The notes beneath the pieces were generated by a model. It was not told where the DNA came from. It made no database searches and saw only the letters and a program-made list of their open reading frames with translations. Below, one piece after another: positions 40,715 through 53,165 of a DNA stretch of 64,000 nt (positions are counted from its first letter, which is position 1; each line of letters begins with the position of its first letter). Source of the DNA: Trichosphaerium sp. ATCC 40318 (Eukaryota > Protista > Tubulinea); contig JALMLS010000072.1 of NCBI GenBank assembly GCA_038496445.1, positions 62,001-126,000 on the forward strand. The letters are read 5' to 3'. Both the position numbers and the translations under genes were made by a program.

Positions 40715-41726
40715 CTAAGCGTCTAATAAAATACGTAAGACTTATATCTCTAGCGTAAAAACAAAAAATAACGCATGTACAACGAAAACATTTTCACCAA
40801 AAAAAAATAGAAAAAAACGCCTTTGTAACGCATATCACGAATCCGTACCAGCTTTTGGTTCCTCTTCTTTGACTTCCTCGAGTGCTGGTGGTTCATCAGC
40901 AACTTCTTCGAGTGCAGGTGGCTCATCGCCTTCTACGGCCTCAAGTGGTGGTGGACCGGCGTCAGCAGCGGTTTCAAAGTCGACATCATCGAATTCGTCA
41001 GACTTGGCAGCTAGAACAACGAGTTAGAAGCGAAATTAGTGTTTTTTTCTCCAAAGTCGTTTTGCTTGTAATAAACGAAGCTTAAATGTTTATTTTTGGT
41101 TTCTCTACGCATAAGATAACGCGTACCTTTTGGATCGGCGCCCATTTGTCCAAATAGTGCAGAAATATCTAAACAACAAAAAATGAGTTGTTGGTTTCAC
41201 TACGTGCTTTCTATCGTACCAGATTTTTCGTGTTTACCCTTTACAATGTAGCAGTTGGCTTGAATATTGGCCATAACTAAACAGGGTATAAGTAATTTTC
41301 CTCGGTAGTGATATCCGCATTGTAGCGCAAAATATAACTCCAAAAAGTCCCACGAGCCAACAAAGAGCTCACGCAGCAGATTTTGAACAAACGGCACCAA
41401 ACGAGAATAAACTCGTAAAAACGAGCGCGATGAAGCGCGAAATAGCTCGTGGGTAATTTGGAGCATGAATACGCCGTTTTTCTGTACAAACAAAGAAGAT
41501 TACCTTTAGGGCTTTTAAAGAGCATAACTTTGTCTTTAGCGTCTCCCTTATCATTTATCATTATTACTTGATCAATTTCTGGGATCGTTTGTATGTTATG
41601 TTTTTTTGCCCAAGCCAACAACGCTTTCTCATTGTTGCCGCGTCTGTACTTTGTCTTCCTGCGTACGGAACCCTTACCACCTGTGCGCACGGACGCTGCT
41701 CTTCTTTCTAGCTTTGCTCTGTTCAT
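40715..41726 (-). CDS. BTF3: Nascent polypeptide-associated complex beta subunit (BTF3/EGD1)
   Basis: MNRAKLERRAASVRTGGKGSVRRK; NAC domain IPEIDQVIMI...FKSPKVMANIQANCYIVKGK; acidic C-terminal tail with EPPALEEV repeats. Confidence 0.9.
41300..41485 (-). ncRNA. Candidate structured intronic RNA in the NAC-beta intron (41277-41503)
   Basis: GC-rich 227-nt intron; long stem 41337-41359 pairing with 41443-41464, plus internal hairpins. Confidence 0.4.
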
Positions 41727-41910
41727 TCTGCAAAATTTTATCTCACGGTAACTTAAGAAACGCAAAGGAAAAAAAAAAAAAAAACCAAGACTTAAGTGTT
41801 TGAGGTTTGAACGTTTGCTTTATGTGGGTTTTTGCGTCCGGATAGGTACATTAGGGTAGATACAATAATACAAGGGGGTTGTTATGTTACATTTCTTGGC
41901 CGCGTTTGGC

Positions 41911-42210
41911 TTATTTGCTTGCGGAGTTTTTTGTGCAAGAAACAAGCAGTTTTTCTTGCGATGAATTGAAAGTTGCTCGTTTGAGTAGGTTAGGTCCTCT
42001 GGATCCTCTGGTAGGTCTGTAAGATTTATTTGTTAATCTGTTTGCTTGTTCTCGCGTCTTCATTACGTAAGTGTCCAAGTTTTTCTTTTGTAGCTTTAAT
42101 AACTGATTTTCTCTCTGCATTTGTTCATATTGCTTCAACAATCGTGTAATCTCTTCGTCGTGTTCAATCTCAGCATTAGACTTGTTTCTGCAGCACATTA
42201 TTGTCGCCAT
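41911..42210 (-). CDS. Small coiled-coil hypothetical protein (99 aa)
   Basis: Intronless ORF; N-terminal MATIMCC; heptad-like EEITRLLKQYEQMQRENQLLKLQKKNL; TATAAA and CA-rich leader upstream. Confidence 0.5.
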   Translation of the reverse strand: MATIMCCRNKSNAEIEHDEEITRLLKQYEQMQRENQLLKLQKKNLDTYVMKTREQANRLTNKSYRPTRGSRGPNLLKRATFNSSQEKLLVSCTKNSASK

Positions 42211-43491
42211 TCGGGAAAGAAGTTGTGTAGGTGGTGTGGTTTATAAAAAATGTCTGAAAATTCACCGTCTGAAAAGAACATGACGTTAGTGTGTCGTCAG
42301 AAAATGTCCGCCCAATGTGAAATACTCTTTGTACCAGTATACAACGGTTAATAAACTACAAATTGGCCCATTATGTTCATAAATGGAATTATGAGATCGC
42401 TAGGAAGCCCCTTATTATTTTAGGCGGGTACGTAAAAATATAACGGAAGTGCCGGAAACGCTTCTTTGATGCTGGTAAAACAATAGTAGGTGCATAGTAC
42501 GATCGCCAATAACAATTCCAGATAAAACATCATTTTTGGTCGTGGCTTGCGTCAGATTGCGCGGAGCCGGATATACTTTCCGTAATACGCGAATGAAGAG
42601 CATTCGCCTTTATTACAGGCGCCTACAGAGAAAGTTCGTGTAAAGAAAGTGAAGTTCGAGACAAAACACAATTTGTTGATGCCATTGTTAGCTATAGTTT
42701 AACATACATTTTTCGGGTAATACAACGTTTTGTGGAATGATGGGATTTTTTTGCGAAGTTTTTTGGAAGATTACGGCAGTGCGCTCGAGATTATAATAAC
42801 GACACCATAGTTTGTTGGGGATAAATTTATACAATTAATTGAACAAACAATATACAGTTAAAGGAGTTGTCGCGCATTGTCTCGCGTAGCACTTTTCTCG
42901 AATAGTTTCGGCGTAATATGGCGCCAAGAGGTGCTATTGCGGGATTTACGTGTGAGGTTCCTTTTGTAGATATCGGATGAAAGTCGCCTAGTACGATACC
43001 TTATATAACCATGTATATTTTAGAGCAATTAAAACAATTCTGATTTTTTTCAAGATCAATGGCGCAATATGTTTACGTGATACACTTGTTTCGTCATGAA
43101 AAGCAATAAACACGTCTTACAACTGCTTTCAGCTCGCGGAGGATTATTCCCACAAGTATACTAATCGCTTGAGCTGCAAATGATTCTTTTCTGTGCAGTA
43201 TAGCCTAAGATTGTATGACGCTAGGAAGATCGACTACAAGGCGTGTCGCCTACGTAAACAGATCACAATTGATCGGAGCTAAAGCATTTATCGTTACTCC
43301 CTTATGTAAGATATTATAAAGGCTTGTTTGTTGCGGCTCGTGCGGAGTGTAGTGCGTAGACACATTCATGATAGAAAACCCGAACCATACCCTCGATGCT
43401 CTTGTGCATAATATTTCACAATCAGTTCATCCTGTGTTCAATCGAGTGCGCTGAGCGACTATTCTACTTACAGTATCTTAGAAAACGCATT

Positions 43492-43797
43492 ACCTATGTA
43501 CCATCCACACTTCGTTGCGTAATTGTTGACCAAACATATATTTGCTAGTGGTACACTTTGGGGTAGATTGATTCATAGCGACTGATGCCAGTGTGAGGCT
43601 CATAAGTAGCTTCTCTATGTCAATAAATGAAGCGTTACTCTGAGCGCACCTATGTACTATCCACACTTCGTTGCGTAATTGTTGACCAAACATATATTTG
43701 CTAGTGGTACACTTTGGGGTAGATTGATTCATAGCGACTGATGCCAGTGTGAGGCTCATAAGTAGCTTCTCTATGTCAATAAATGAAGCGTTGCTCC
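43492..43797. repeat. Direct tandem duplication, 156-bp unit, about 2 copies
   Basis: acctatgtac...gaagcgtt starts at 43492 and again at 43648; about 2 mismatches. Confidence 0.95.
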
Positions 43798-44040
43798 AAG
43801 GTTAAGTGTCTCTAAAAACTGTGTTAAGGCGTGCTTTGTATCAATAAATCAACAATTTACGGTAGGTCGCTACAAATGGTTTTCGGTTTTGGTTTGTAGA
43901 AGTGATGTTATTTCTTGTACTAGTGTGTGGCGCATATACTATTATGACTTTGGCTGTTTACTTAGTTAAAAGACCATACGAGGAGGTAATCACTTCAACG
44001 GTATCGTACATTAATTACTCTAACACCACGTAAGGGAAAA

Positions 44041-44613
44041 ATGTCAAAATGTCATCTATTGCATCTACCTTTGGAGCTACATCTTGATATTATTGATTTA
44101 GACCCTACATTTGCCAAATGGCCACTATTATCAAAATATACAGCGACAACAACGAGGTTTGATAGTGACTTGAATAAACATGGAAAATGGATGAAACATA
44201 AGAATGTGCTTGGCTCAAAAAAATCAATGTTGTTAGGCCAAGAACGTTGGAGGCATGGTCAACTTCATGGAGAGTATAAGAGTTGGTATGGAGTACATCA
44301 CAAACATATACAAGATGTGTTGCACAAAGAACAAACTCAAATGAGCTGTCATTGTTATTACAGTAATGGTAAAAAGGAAGGTGAATACAAAGAGTGGCAT
44401 CAAAATGGTGAATTGCGGAGACATTGTTACTATGTTGATGGTAAATTAGAAGGAGAATCTAAGCAGTGGTATAACAGTGGACAAATATATGAGGACTCTA
44501 ATTTTGTATGTGATGAACTAGTAGGAAGTTACAAGCAGTGGAACAACCATGGTTTGTGTACTGTAGACGGTAGTTATGTGGATGGTAAACTAGTAAGATC
44601 CAGAAAAAGGTAA
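44041..44613 (+). CDS. F-box-like motif plus MORN-variant (YwqK-type) repeat protein, intronless
   Basis: LLHLPLELHLDI; repeats such as YxNGKKEGEYKEWHQNG and YVDGKLEGESKQWYNSG. Confidence 0.85.
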   Translation: MSKCHLLHLPLELHLDIIDLDPTFAKWPLLSKYTATTTRFDSDLNKHGKWMKHKNVLGSKKSMLLGQERWRHGQLHGEYKSWYGVHHKHIQDVLHKEQTQMSCHCYYSNGKKEGEYKEWHQNGELRRHCYYVDGKLEGESKQWYNSGQIYEDSNFVCDELVGSYKQWNNHGLCTVDGSYVDGKLVRSRKR

Positions 44614-44938
44614 ATCGTAGAATAAACCTTCAACATTTTTTCTTGTTATTTTTTTAGTTCACTGGAGCACAATCAATTGCTTAAGAACCCTTAAAGCTAC
44701 AAGGTATCAATTGAAAGTAAACGTTTTACAACTCCATCCTTGTCCATCGAGAAGTTTCTGTCCGTAACATGTATCAGTTACACCAAATGCAGTTGCGCCC
44801 TAGGTAGAACTATAATGGTAGGGGTACATGTACTCGCACCCTTAGGCGCGAGAAAGCAGTATGGAAGTTAAGTTTGTGTTTATAAGTCGAATATAAGTAA
44901 AAGTTGAGCGAATCTCCTGATCCAACAACATCTACGGT

Positions 44939-46935
44939 ATGGCATACTCTGCAAACGCACATGACTGGCCTGAAAACACTGTATTGGATTGGCTAACAGC
45001 AAACGGTTTACAGGGGCTACATGACACATTCAGAAATAACGAGGTAATGCGTTGTGTTATTCGTCTTGGCAGAAAATTGCTCAATCTAGCGCTAGATTGA
45101 TGGCTCTGCTCTAATGGACCTTACAAGAACCGACATTAAAGCAGAACTTGAGGTACAGCAATCTATATCTCTGAGAGATAGTTCACAGTATGAATAAACA
45201 AACAACAGATTCGATCGCTTGTGTTGAGAAAGAAGCTATGGGCCGCCATTCAACGTACCAAAACGCACCTGATTTTTGCGAATCACGTGGACAGTCTTCG
45301 GCTCCAGAAACATGAAGCAGCGGTAAGCCTTTTTGAGAGAGAAACAAGCCAAATACCCGGTATAACAAAGTATAGTTGTTTAAGGCTGAAGAAGCGAGAG
45401 GAGGCGAAATTGCTGTTGCTGATATGATTATGACAGATGTTGATAACTTGAAAAGTGTCAAGGAGAACTTTATTGTACGGATTACGGTACTTTAATCCGT
45501 ACAATAACTTTTATTTTAAAGGCGGCCTCCGAGTTACAACAAGAGTATGATGAAATGAGAGACCAAGAGGCTATAGATCTTGATTACGCCTTATCACTGT
45601 AAGTAAGATTAGCACTTTGTCTAACACGTGGTAGAGCCAGCGAAGAGCAAAGGCGGAAGTTTAGAGCTCTTTTGGCTAGAAGAAATCCTTCTCTTGAACT
45701 CTCATTTAACATAGAGATTGTGTCAGAGCATGGCTCAAAATTAAACGAGCTCCGTGATTCCAGAAATTGGCTTGAAAAAGAGCAATGTGCGATTTGCTCG
45801 CAAGTCAAGCCTTGGTCGATTCAAGTTTCTTGTGGACATTTGTGGTGCCAGGATTGCCTTGTGGTAGGTGTATATTGGAAATAAGTGAGTTATAACCATA
45901 TAGGATTTGTTCAATGCGTGCTTGAAGAATGTCGGGTTGATTCCACCAAGATGCTGCAAGCAATTGTTAGATCCAAATTTAGCTTGTGTACTTCTACCTT
46001 CTGTGACGCTTAAGAAAGTAAACGCCTTACGTACTTCTCAAGTTAATGGCATACTCTTAGTTTAAGAGACTCTTTGCCGAACATACCATCAAGAACAAGA
46101 TGTACTGTCCAAAGAAGACTTGTTCACACGTATTGGATGTAGATAGACTTGTTGTTGAAGGTATGCGAATTCATAGAGCATGTGACATTTCTATCTTTTA
46201 ATGTATTTGATAGAAAGCGGAGCTTCTCAGTGCACGAAATGCCATTCATCTATCTGTAGCAAATGTAAGACTTTCTGGCATTTTACAATGACGTGTGGCG
46301 AGTATCAGAGGCTTCCTGATTCGGTTAAATACGCCGATGATGAATCGTTGTTCAAGATTGCCAATAGCAACAATTGGAAAAGGTATTATTGCTTGATTTT
46401 GATTCTACCATTTGACAACTACAAAGGTGCCCGGAATGTCACATTTTCATTGAACTAAAACATGGGTGCAATCACATGACTTGTAAGAACTGCGGGTACG
46501 TTTGTACATAAAAACTTGTTTAGCAACCTTCTCTCAAGGTGTGAGTTCTGCTTTCAGTGCCTTGAGCTATGGAGAAACCATGGATCAGGGTGTAACTTGT
46601 GGAATAATGAGGATCAACTGTTAGAAGTAGTAAATCGTAGAGCTCAAAATCCTGCACAAAGGTATTACTACAAGTGGAAAAAAATCAAATCTTATCGTAA
46701 ACTTATACCTTTCTTAGAAATGCAATTAGGAGGAACATCGAGTACAATGAGTGTGTTGATCATAACTTTAATCGCATTAAATGGCTTCGTGGTGATTGTG
46801 AAGTCTGTGGCTTTTATATGAATATGTACTGGGCACCCACCATTGAATGATGGAGATTAATCTATTTTTAGTTTCTCATACAGTTGTTCTACTTGCAGAA
46901 TGTTGGTTTGTATGCAATGTAGACACAATGCTTAG
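44939..46935 (+). CDS. SAM-domain RBR (RING1-IBR-Rcat) E3 ubiquitin ligase
   Basis: SAM: HDWPENTVLDWLTANGL...FRNNEIDGSALMDLTRTDIKAELEIRSLVLRKKLWAAI. RING1: CAIC...CGHLWCQDC...PPRCC. IBR: YCPKKTC...CTKCHSSICSKCKTFWH...C. Rcat: [31 protein letters not shown]. Confidence 0.9.
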
Positions 46936-47166
46936 TGCGTATTGTCTCAAGTATGTGCGAATAGGCTAGCTTTGTATGTGATAATTCTCGTTGTCAGACT
47001 GACGCAAATAAACTGTCTACTATTCCGTAGTTTTGTTTTTATAAATTCATATGAAAGAAGCGTTTAAATTAACTTACATTACATTCCTAGCACGTTCTTA
47101 CCTGTATTCAAATTCTTTAAATCTGTACTAGAATGAGTATTGACTATTGTGAAGGGAACAAGTTTA

Positions 47167-50100
47167 TTACTTCTTTATGTATAATTTGACACCAGTAGAA
47201 GATACTTGATTTGACGTGCTGACCAACAAGTTAGCTAAAGACAAAAAGAAAAAGACTAAGTTACTGCACAGCATACCTTGTTTTGGTTTCTCCTTTTGAA
47301 TTGAATCCTTTACAATACGGATCCGCATTACACATGACCATCAGTTGCTCAACGTCCTTAATCCACATACCATGAAGTGTGTTACCAGAAACATCGGTGT
47401 TATCTTTTACCTCATACAAAGATGCAGAAGGACTGTATTTTTGCTCCTAAAAATCCAGAAAAAAATTAGAAAACACGTGTTTGGTTATTTTGTCTTTGTT
47501 GGTGGATTTAAGGACGTACAAAGCTCTTTGCAATATCTAGAGGGTTACCAGTAGCAGTAGTTGGGAAAGATTTCTTTTCATGGTTCCATCCAATCTCAAA
47601 GTCTGATAACTCCTTGTTATACTTATCCTCATCAACAGGAACTCCAGATTTTACAGCCTGAAGTAATGTCTTGTACCAAATGTTCCATCTTCCATAGTAG
47701 TAATCTAAACAACCGTATTAGTAACTAAGACTCTTTGTTTTGAAAAGTCGTACCTGAGTATAATCCACTCCAAGCCTTGGAAGCATAATCGTTGATCTGG
47801 CCAGTAGGTCCCCTAATTTTTTTTTGATTAGTTGAAAGAGTACAATCTGATAAGAATAGTATTACCAAAGAGTTATTTGATTTCTTGCATTGAACTCCAA
47901 TGCGTCTTTCTCTTCTGTAGTAGTACCGCCGCTATTTCTGGCGTTGTTGATCCATCTGCCCAATAAGTAGTTGACATCTGAAGCAAGGATTGTATCAGTA
48001 TCTTTTATGATATCCATTAATTTATCTCCAATTGATTTTAACTAGTTTTTGTTTATGATTAGGTTAACACGTGGTAAAATGTTGTTTCTATCACGTACTG
48101 CAATTGTAGTATTCGTTTTATTAGTTTCCCAATCTTGGTAATGAATACGGAAGAGGTAGTGCAAGTCGATGAATAAATCAATGAGAACTTGTCTGAACAA
48201 AAAAAAAAGATTAAAAAAAAGAAGACGAACAAAGCATTTGTTCCTTACCTCGTAATATCCACCAGATCGTAGTTGTACGGACCATTGATTTTTTTATAAT
48301 CAGAAGAAGCCTTGATAATACTATGCCAAGCAGATACTATCTATAAAAAGTGTGAGCAATCCAAAAAAACCCCTGAAACAGCTAATATTTTTTTTGTTGG
48401 TAGAACTTACTCCTGTTGCATCAGGTTGTTCGTTAGAGTTTATTTTTATATTTGGCACGTGTTCAATAGGACTTAATGTAATTCCTTGATGGCTATAAGT
48501 GCTCTTGTAAAGTGTTTTCCAAGTAGAAGCAGCATTTGAAGAAACACCACCGTATCTACTAATCTGGTATTGTTGTATCCATTGAGATACATTAAACTTG
48601 GCGTCACGCCATCCAACTTCCGTTGCAAGTTCATAAACAATAGGGCTATTAAAATTAGTACTAAAATACCACGTGATAACAAGTACTTGTTCTCGATAGC
48701 CTCAGGAGTAATACCAGTACCAATAATTGTTGATTTAGCTAAAGATACAGTTACATCAATAAAACTCCTCCATCGTTTCGAAAATACATACCTGCTATCG
48801 CATCCAAAGGACCGTTAGCTATTACATCTAATGGTCCATACAATGATCTTCTACCGCCGAAATTATGAAGTGTACACCAAATGAAAGGCTACATAATAAT
48901 TATAAATTAAAGAAAAAAAAGTAAGAAAAACAAAACGAAGAGCTGGGCTTACCTTTCCAAAATAGCTGCTTGTTTTAGACCATATAGGAACTTCTTCTGA
49001 CCATAGATCAAGGATTATCATTTTATCGTCAGGGATGCTTCCAAGGTAGGCTTTGATTTCAGGAGATTTCCAAAACCCTTAGAGCTTGTTAGATACTACT
49101 GTAGTTGTCCGGCGATTTGTTTGGACGCTAGGCTAAGGAAATACGTGCCAGTGTCAGTAAATAACCATCCTTGCATGAGCCATACAGCATCAGGATCTGC
49201 TTCTTGTAGTGCGGTAAGAACACCTTTGCTTGAAGCTCCCAAATACCTTAACACGTCAGAACGTCCTCGACCAGGCTTGACAGAAAAAGGAAAAAATTGA
49301 CTTACGTTGGATCATTTGATTTCGGTCTCATTTCGTTGTAGGTATCAGCGTTGTAAATATGGTCTGTGCCATAGATTTGTGTCTATAATTATTAGATGGC
49401 CACATAAAATTTGAGACGAGGTAGGTACCTGAGCGTCAATGAAAACCTTGCCAACTTTTGCGAATAATGGATCAGTAGGTTCAACTAAAAAGTCTGCACT
49501 GTTCGTTTGATTAAAACCAGCCCAGTTAGCATTTCTCGTAATATTAGACTTTGGGAAGAGCGTCTGAAATGCACGAGGAACATGACCTATCCAAAACTCT
49601 TGTCAGACAAAACAAAGCCACAACAACAGGATGAAGTTGATGTTTAGGTTAATTATCCTCGTATCTTACCAGCAAAACCTGGCAAAACAGGGACCATTCC
49701 GAACTGTCGTGAACGTGTTAGAATTTGCTTTTGGAGCTGCATCTGGCCTTCTCTCCAATCAGGTAATAGAGGACCTGCCCAATGTTGAAGATTTCCCATA
49801 CGATTCCAAGCAAGGAAGGCTGGGCCGCTGAAGAACTAATGATAAAAAAAGGTAAGAAAGTAGGTTCATTTGAGGAAGCTTTTTACATCCTGGACGTCTT
49901 CTTCTGTACATCCTAACTGCTTGAAAGTCTGCGCCCAGACATATTCTTGTCCAGTAAAGGATAACGGAAGGTTAATACCATGAAGAGCCTACATGAGTGG
50001 TTAAAAACCAACTTGACAAACCACAGCAAAATAGAGTTGGTACCATCCAATCTAACGATGCATTAGTGTCACATAAGTTTTATTAAAACCCGATCAAATA

Positions 50101-51090
50101 CCGTACCTATTTCGCGTTCCCATCGCTTCCAATCCCACCATACGGCTGAGTAACTAAGGAAGAGATGTTAGTGTTTTTTTGTGGATTCTCGAGACTGGAA
50201 ATAAAAAAAGTTCTACAACTATTTCTTACCTCACCGTACAAACGTTCATGTAGTATCTCCATTTCACAGGAGCTACAACACTCTTCTTACCAGTCACAGA
50301 TGGCAAAGGACTAGGTATATCCAAATTATCGCCTAAATAAGTTAATATAGTAAAACCTACAATAAACTGGTGACAAACTTGCCTGTGCCATCGTCACCCC
50401 ACGTGACGCTTAAACCACAAGAATAGCGCATGTACTCATACAATCCAGACGCAAGGGCTACATAAAATAATAAACCACAACGCAGAAAATAACTACAACA
50501 AGCAAAGGACATCATCTTGTGTCTTTACTGATGAAAAAAGTTTTTCTCTTTTTAGTTTTCGTACCAACACCGCTACTTCCCTGTATAAGAACTCTATCGT
50601 GTTCAGGTGTAGTTATTTCGTAAACATCTTTACCCTTTTATCTCATTTGTAAGTACATGTGCACGTGTTTTTAAAAACGAAGTTACGGTTTGGAAAAAAA
50701 AGGAAAAATCAACCTCAACGAACAATCAAAAAAATGAAGATATGGACGTACTTGCGATTGAGGGATGATGGAATAGTTGAATTTCCCAGCAATTTGGTTA
50801 CCTTTTTGTTTAAAACAAACGTTAGAGCTATAAAACACTACTGATAAAATATATAGAGTGCTACGGCACTGTAGAGGTGGTTTTTATGAAAGTAATTCTT
50901 CGCAGTACCGAATAAGCGTTGTGTTAGGCCGATTACAGCGTCTACTTGTTCCTGAGGCGTCGCGGATGCTTTTAATCTATCTAAACTACTATTTGGCGTT
51001 AACGGCAATTTAATATGTTGTAGCTTGAAGTTTGTTTACGTACCATACGGCTGTGGCTACGAATAGCAGAAGCAATGCTGCTCTGAACAT
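47167..51090 (-). CDS. NAGLU: Alpha-N-acetylglucosaminidase (GH89), secreted/lysosomal, with a short Cys-containing C-terminal extension
   Basis: Signal peptide [16 protein letters not shown]; [109 protein letters not shown]. Confidence 0.95.
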
Positions 51091-51735
51091 TTGGAGTCCA
51101 CTTTATGAATGGTCAACTGATTTAAAGAAAAATGTGTTCAGTTCGTTTGCTGTTGAATGTAGTACACAAAGACATTTCTGTGCGGGACTTTTAAGCCTAG
51201 AACAGATATTCACGTGATTGTTATTGTGAGGCCAATGCTATATCCAAGAAATAGAGCACAAGCGTTGAGCATGTTGGTGTATTCCATTCAGACCAAAAGG
51301 GGAAAACGGCAGTACAGTGAATACAACTTATTGTGATACTTTAGTTTGTATTGATTGTTCTGAATGTGTTGGTACTTGATACTGCAAGGGAGATCACCTG
51401 AAAAAGAGAATGCGAATGGTGTTGAGCATGTATAATTTACAGGTTCAAAGTCATCTCATGTGTGGAGCAAGAATGAGTAAAACAATTGGGATACATGTAT
51501 CTGTTGAATAAATGTTTACATACCTTTTTGGACTACCTATACCCTAACATGACATCTCTAAGTACAACCAACGCTTTTCCCAACAACACAAATGTTACGA
51601 ACTGCAAGCACGTGGTAGTTTATCAAGAACATTTTGTCAGGGAACATATTTATTATTGGTAAGACTTTTCTAGTAAATGTTTAGAGGAAAAGATCTGATT
51701 ATGCCATTGTTTATCTTGATATTGTAAAGGCGTAG

Positions 51736-52416
51736 TTATTCTAAATACACCACCTTTTGTTCGTCATTTTCATAGTAAGAATGGTGTTTCAATTGGCCAT
51801 AGATATCCCACTCCTTATGCTGTCCTACTTGCATACCATTATCACAATGACATTCTTCAAGAAGTTGTCCGTTCTTATGCCAAAACTTAATTTCTCCATG
51901 TTGCTCATCATTGACGTAATTAGAATACCGCTGTAATACTCCACTAGCATACCACTTTCTACTAAGTCCATTTAACTTACCATCAACATACTCACACGCT
52001 TCTTGTATTTGACCGTTTTCATACCAACGCTTATACACTCCATGAAGCTCATCGTGTTTCCAACATACCTGAGAAACAGTGTAATGATTCTTATAGTATA
52101 AAGGTGACCATCTAGCTTGGTTTTTGTCGCATTGTTGTGACGATTTCTCTTTAGATTTTTGGACCATCCACTTGCCATGTTTTCTCATTTTACTATCGAA
52201 CCTAGTGGTTATTGCTGCGTGTCTTGATAGGATAGGCCACTTAAAGTATACTTCAAAGTCTAAATCACCGATACAGAGAAGTAACTCAACTGGAAGGTCT
52301 AACAGGCGCGTTTCAGAACTTTTTGGGAAGTTGTAAGTAGTTTTCTACGAAAGCTTGTTATTATATAACTGGATAGTTTCGTAAGGCTTATGGCATACTT
52401 TGGGTTTTGCGTCCAT
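51736..52416 (-). CDS. F-box-like motif plus MORN-variant repeat protein; paralog of 44041..44613 with one 5' intron
   Basis: MDAKPK, then an intron at about 52346-52398, then KTTYNFPKSSETRLLDLPVELLLCIGDLD...KWPILSRHAAITTRFDSKMRKHGKW and MORN-variant repeats. Confidence 0.8.
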
Positions 52417-53165
52417 ATTTGAAGCACCAATGTTGTAAACCACGTGGTTTTCATAAATTTAAAGCTTACTCCTGTTGACTTGCTCTTGTTAAATTTGGGG
52501 TGAATAGTTGATTGATTGAAAGGGACTGAATATGCTTGTGATACCTTTGACTGCGTAGTAACTATGTCTGCAGTATGTAATAAACAGTTCGTAAGCCAAT
52601 ATGCACGGCGTACCTAAGCGGTAATATGGTGTTAATAGTGTTGCACGCACATCTACTTTGTGTTCTTCTTTTGGCATTGCGTTCTTAAGATCAAACCTTC
52701 AATGCTAATTTTTGTGAAGTCTCGATCTGTAGTGCTACAACGCAATTAGGCATAATAGGTACTCCTGTTTTACAAGAAGAAGAAAAGAGGACTAATGCTA
52801 TTCTCTTTTTTGAGTTAGTATTTGTTCATCACAGCAAGCGTTAACTAGCAAATATTTATATACCTGCTAGCACCAGTCAATCGAAATATGAGCTATGGAA
52901 ATAGTGAAGGTTATTACTAATGAGAACTCAACACTTGGATTGTCATTAATCTTTTTAGTGTTTATCTGGGTCAACTCCATTGATCGTATTCTTGAAGAGA
53001 CCTGATGTTCAACAGTAGTCAGAGTACTGAATGAAGTTGTTGTTCTATTCAAAACATTGTATTTATTGTAGATATCTAAACTGTTACACAAACCAACCTT
53101 TCCAGTGATTGGTTTGATTGATGTATTCCTTGTGGGTAAAAAATACAACACTTCAAAGTAATCGT

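Noticed and set aside
43490-43759. 89-aa ORF with a 52-aa repeat
   Set aside because: A by-product of the 156-bp duplication; no coding features or domain.
43870-43924. Hairpin CTACAAA...TTTGTAG followed by CTAG, like a Helitron 3' end
   Set aside because: AT-rich stem, spacing of about 20 nt is atypical, and there is no 5' end, second copy or Rep/helicase.
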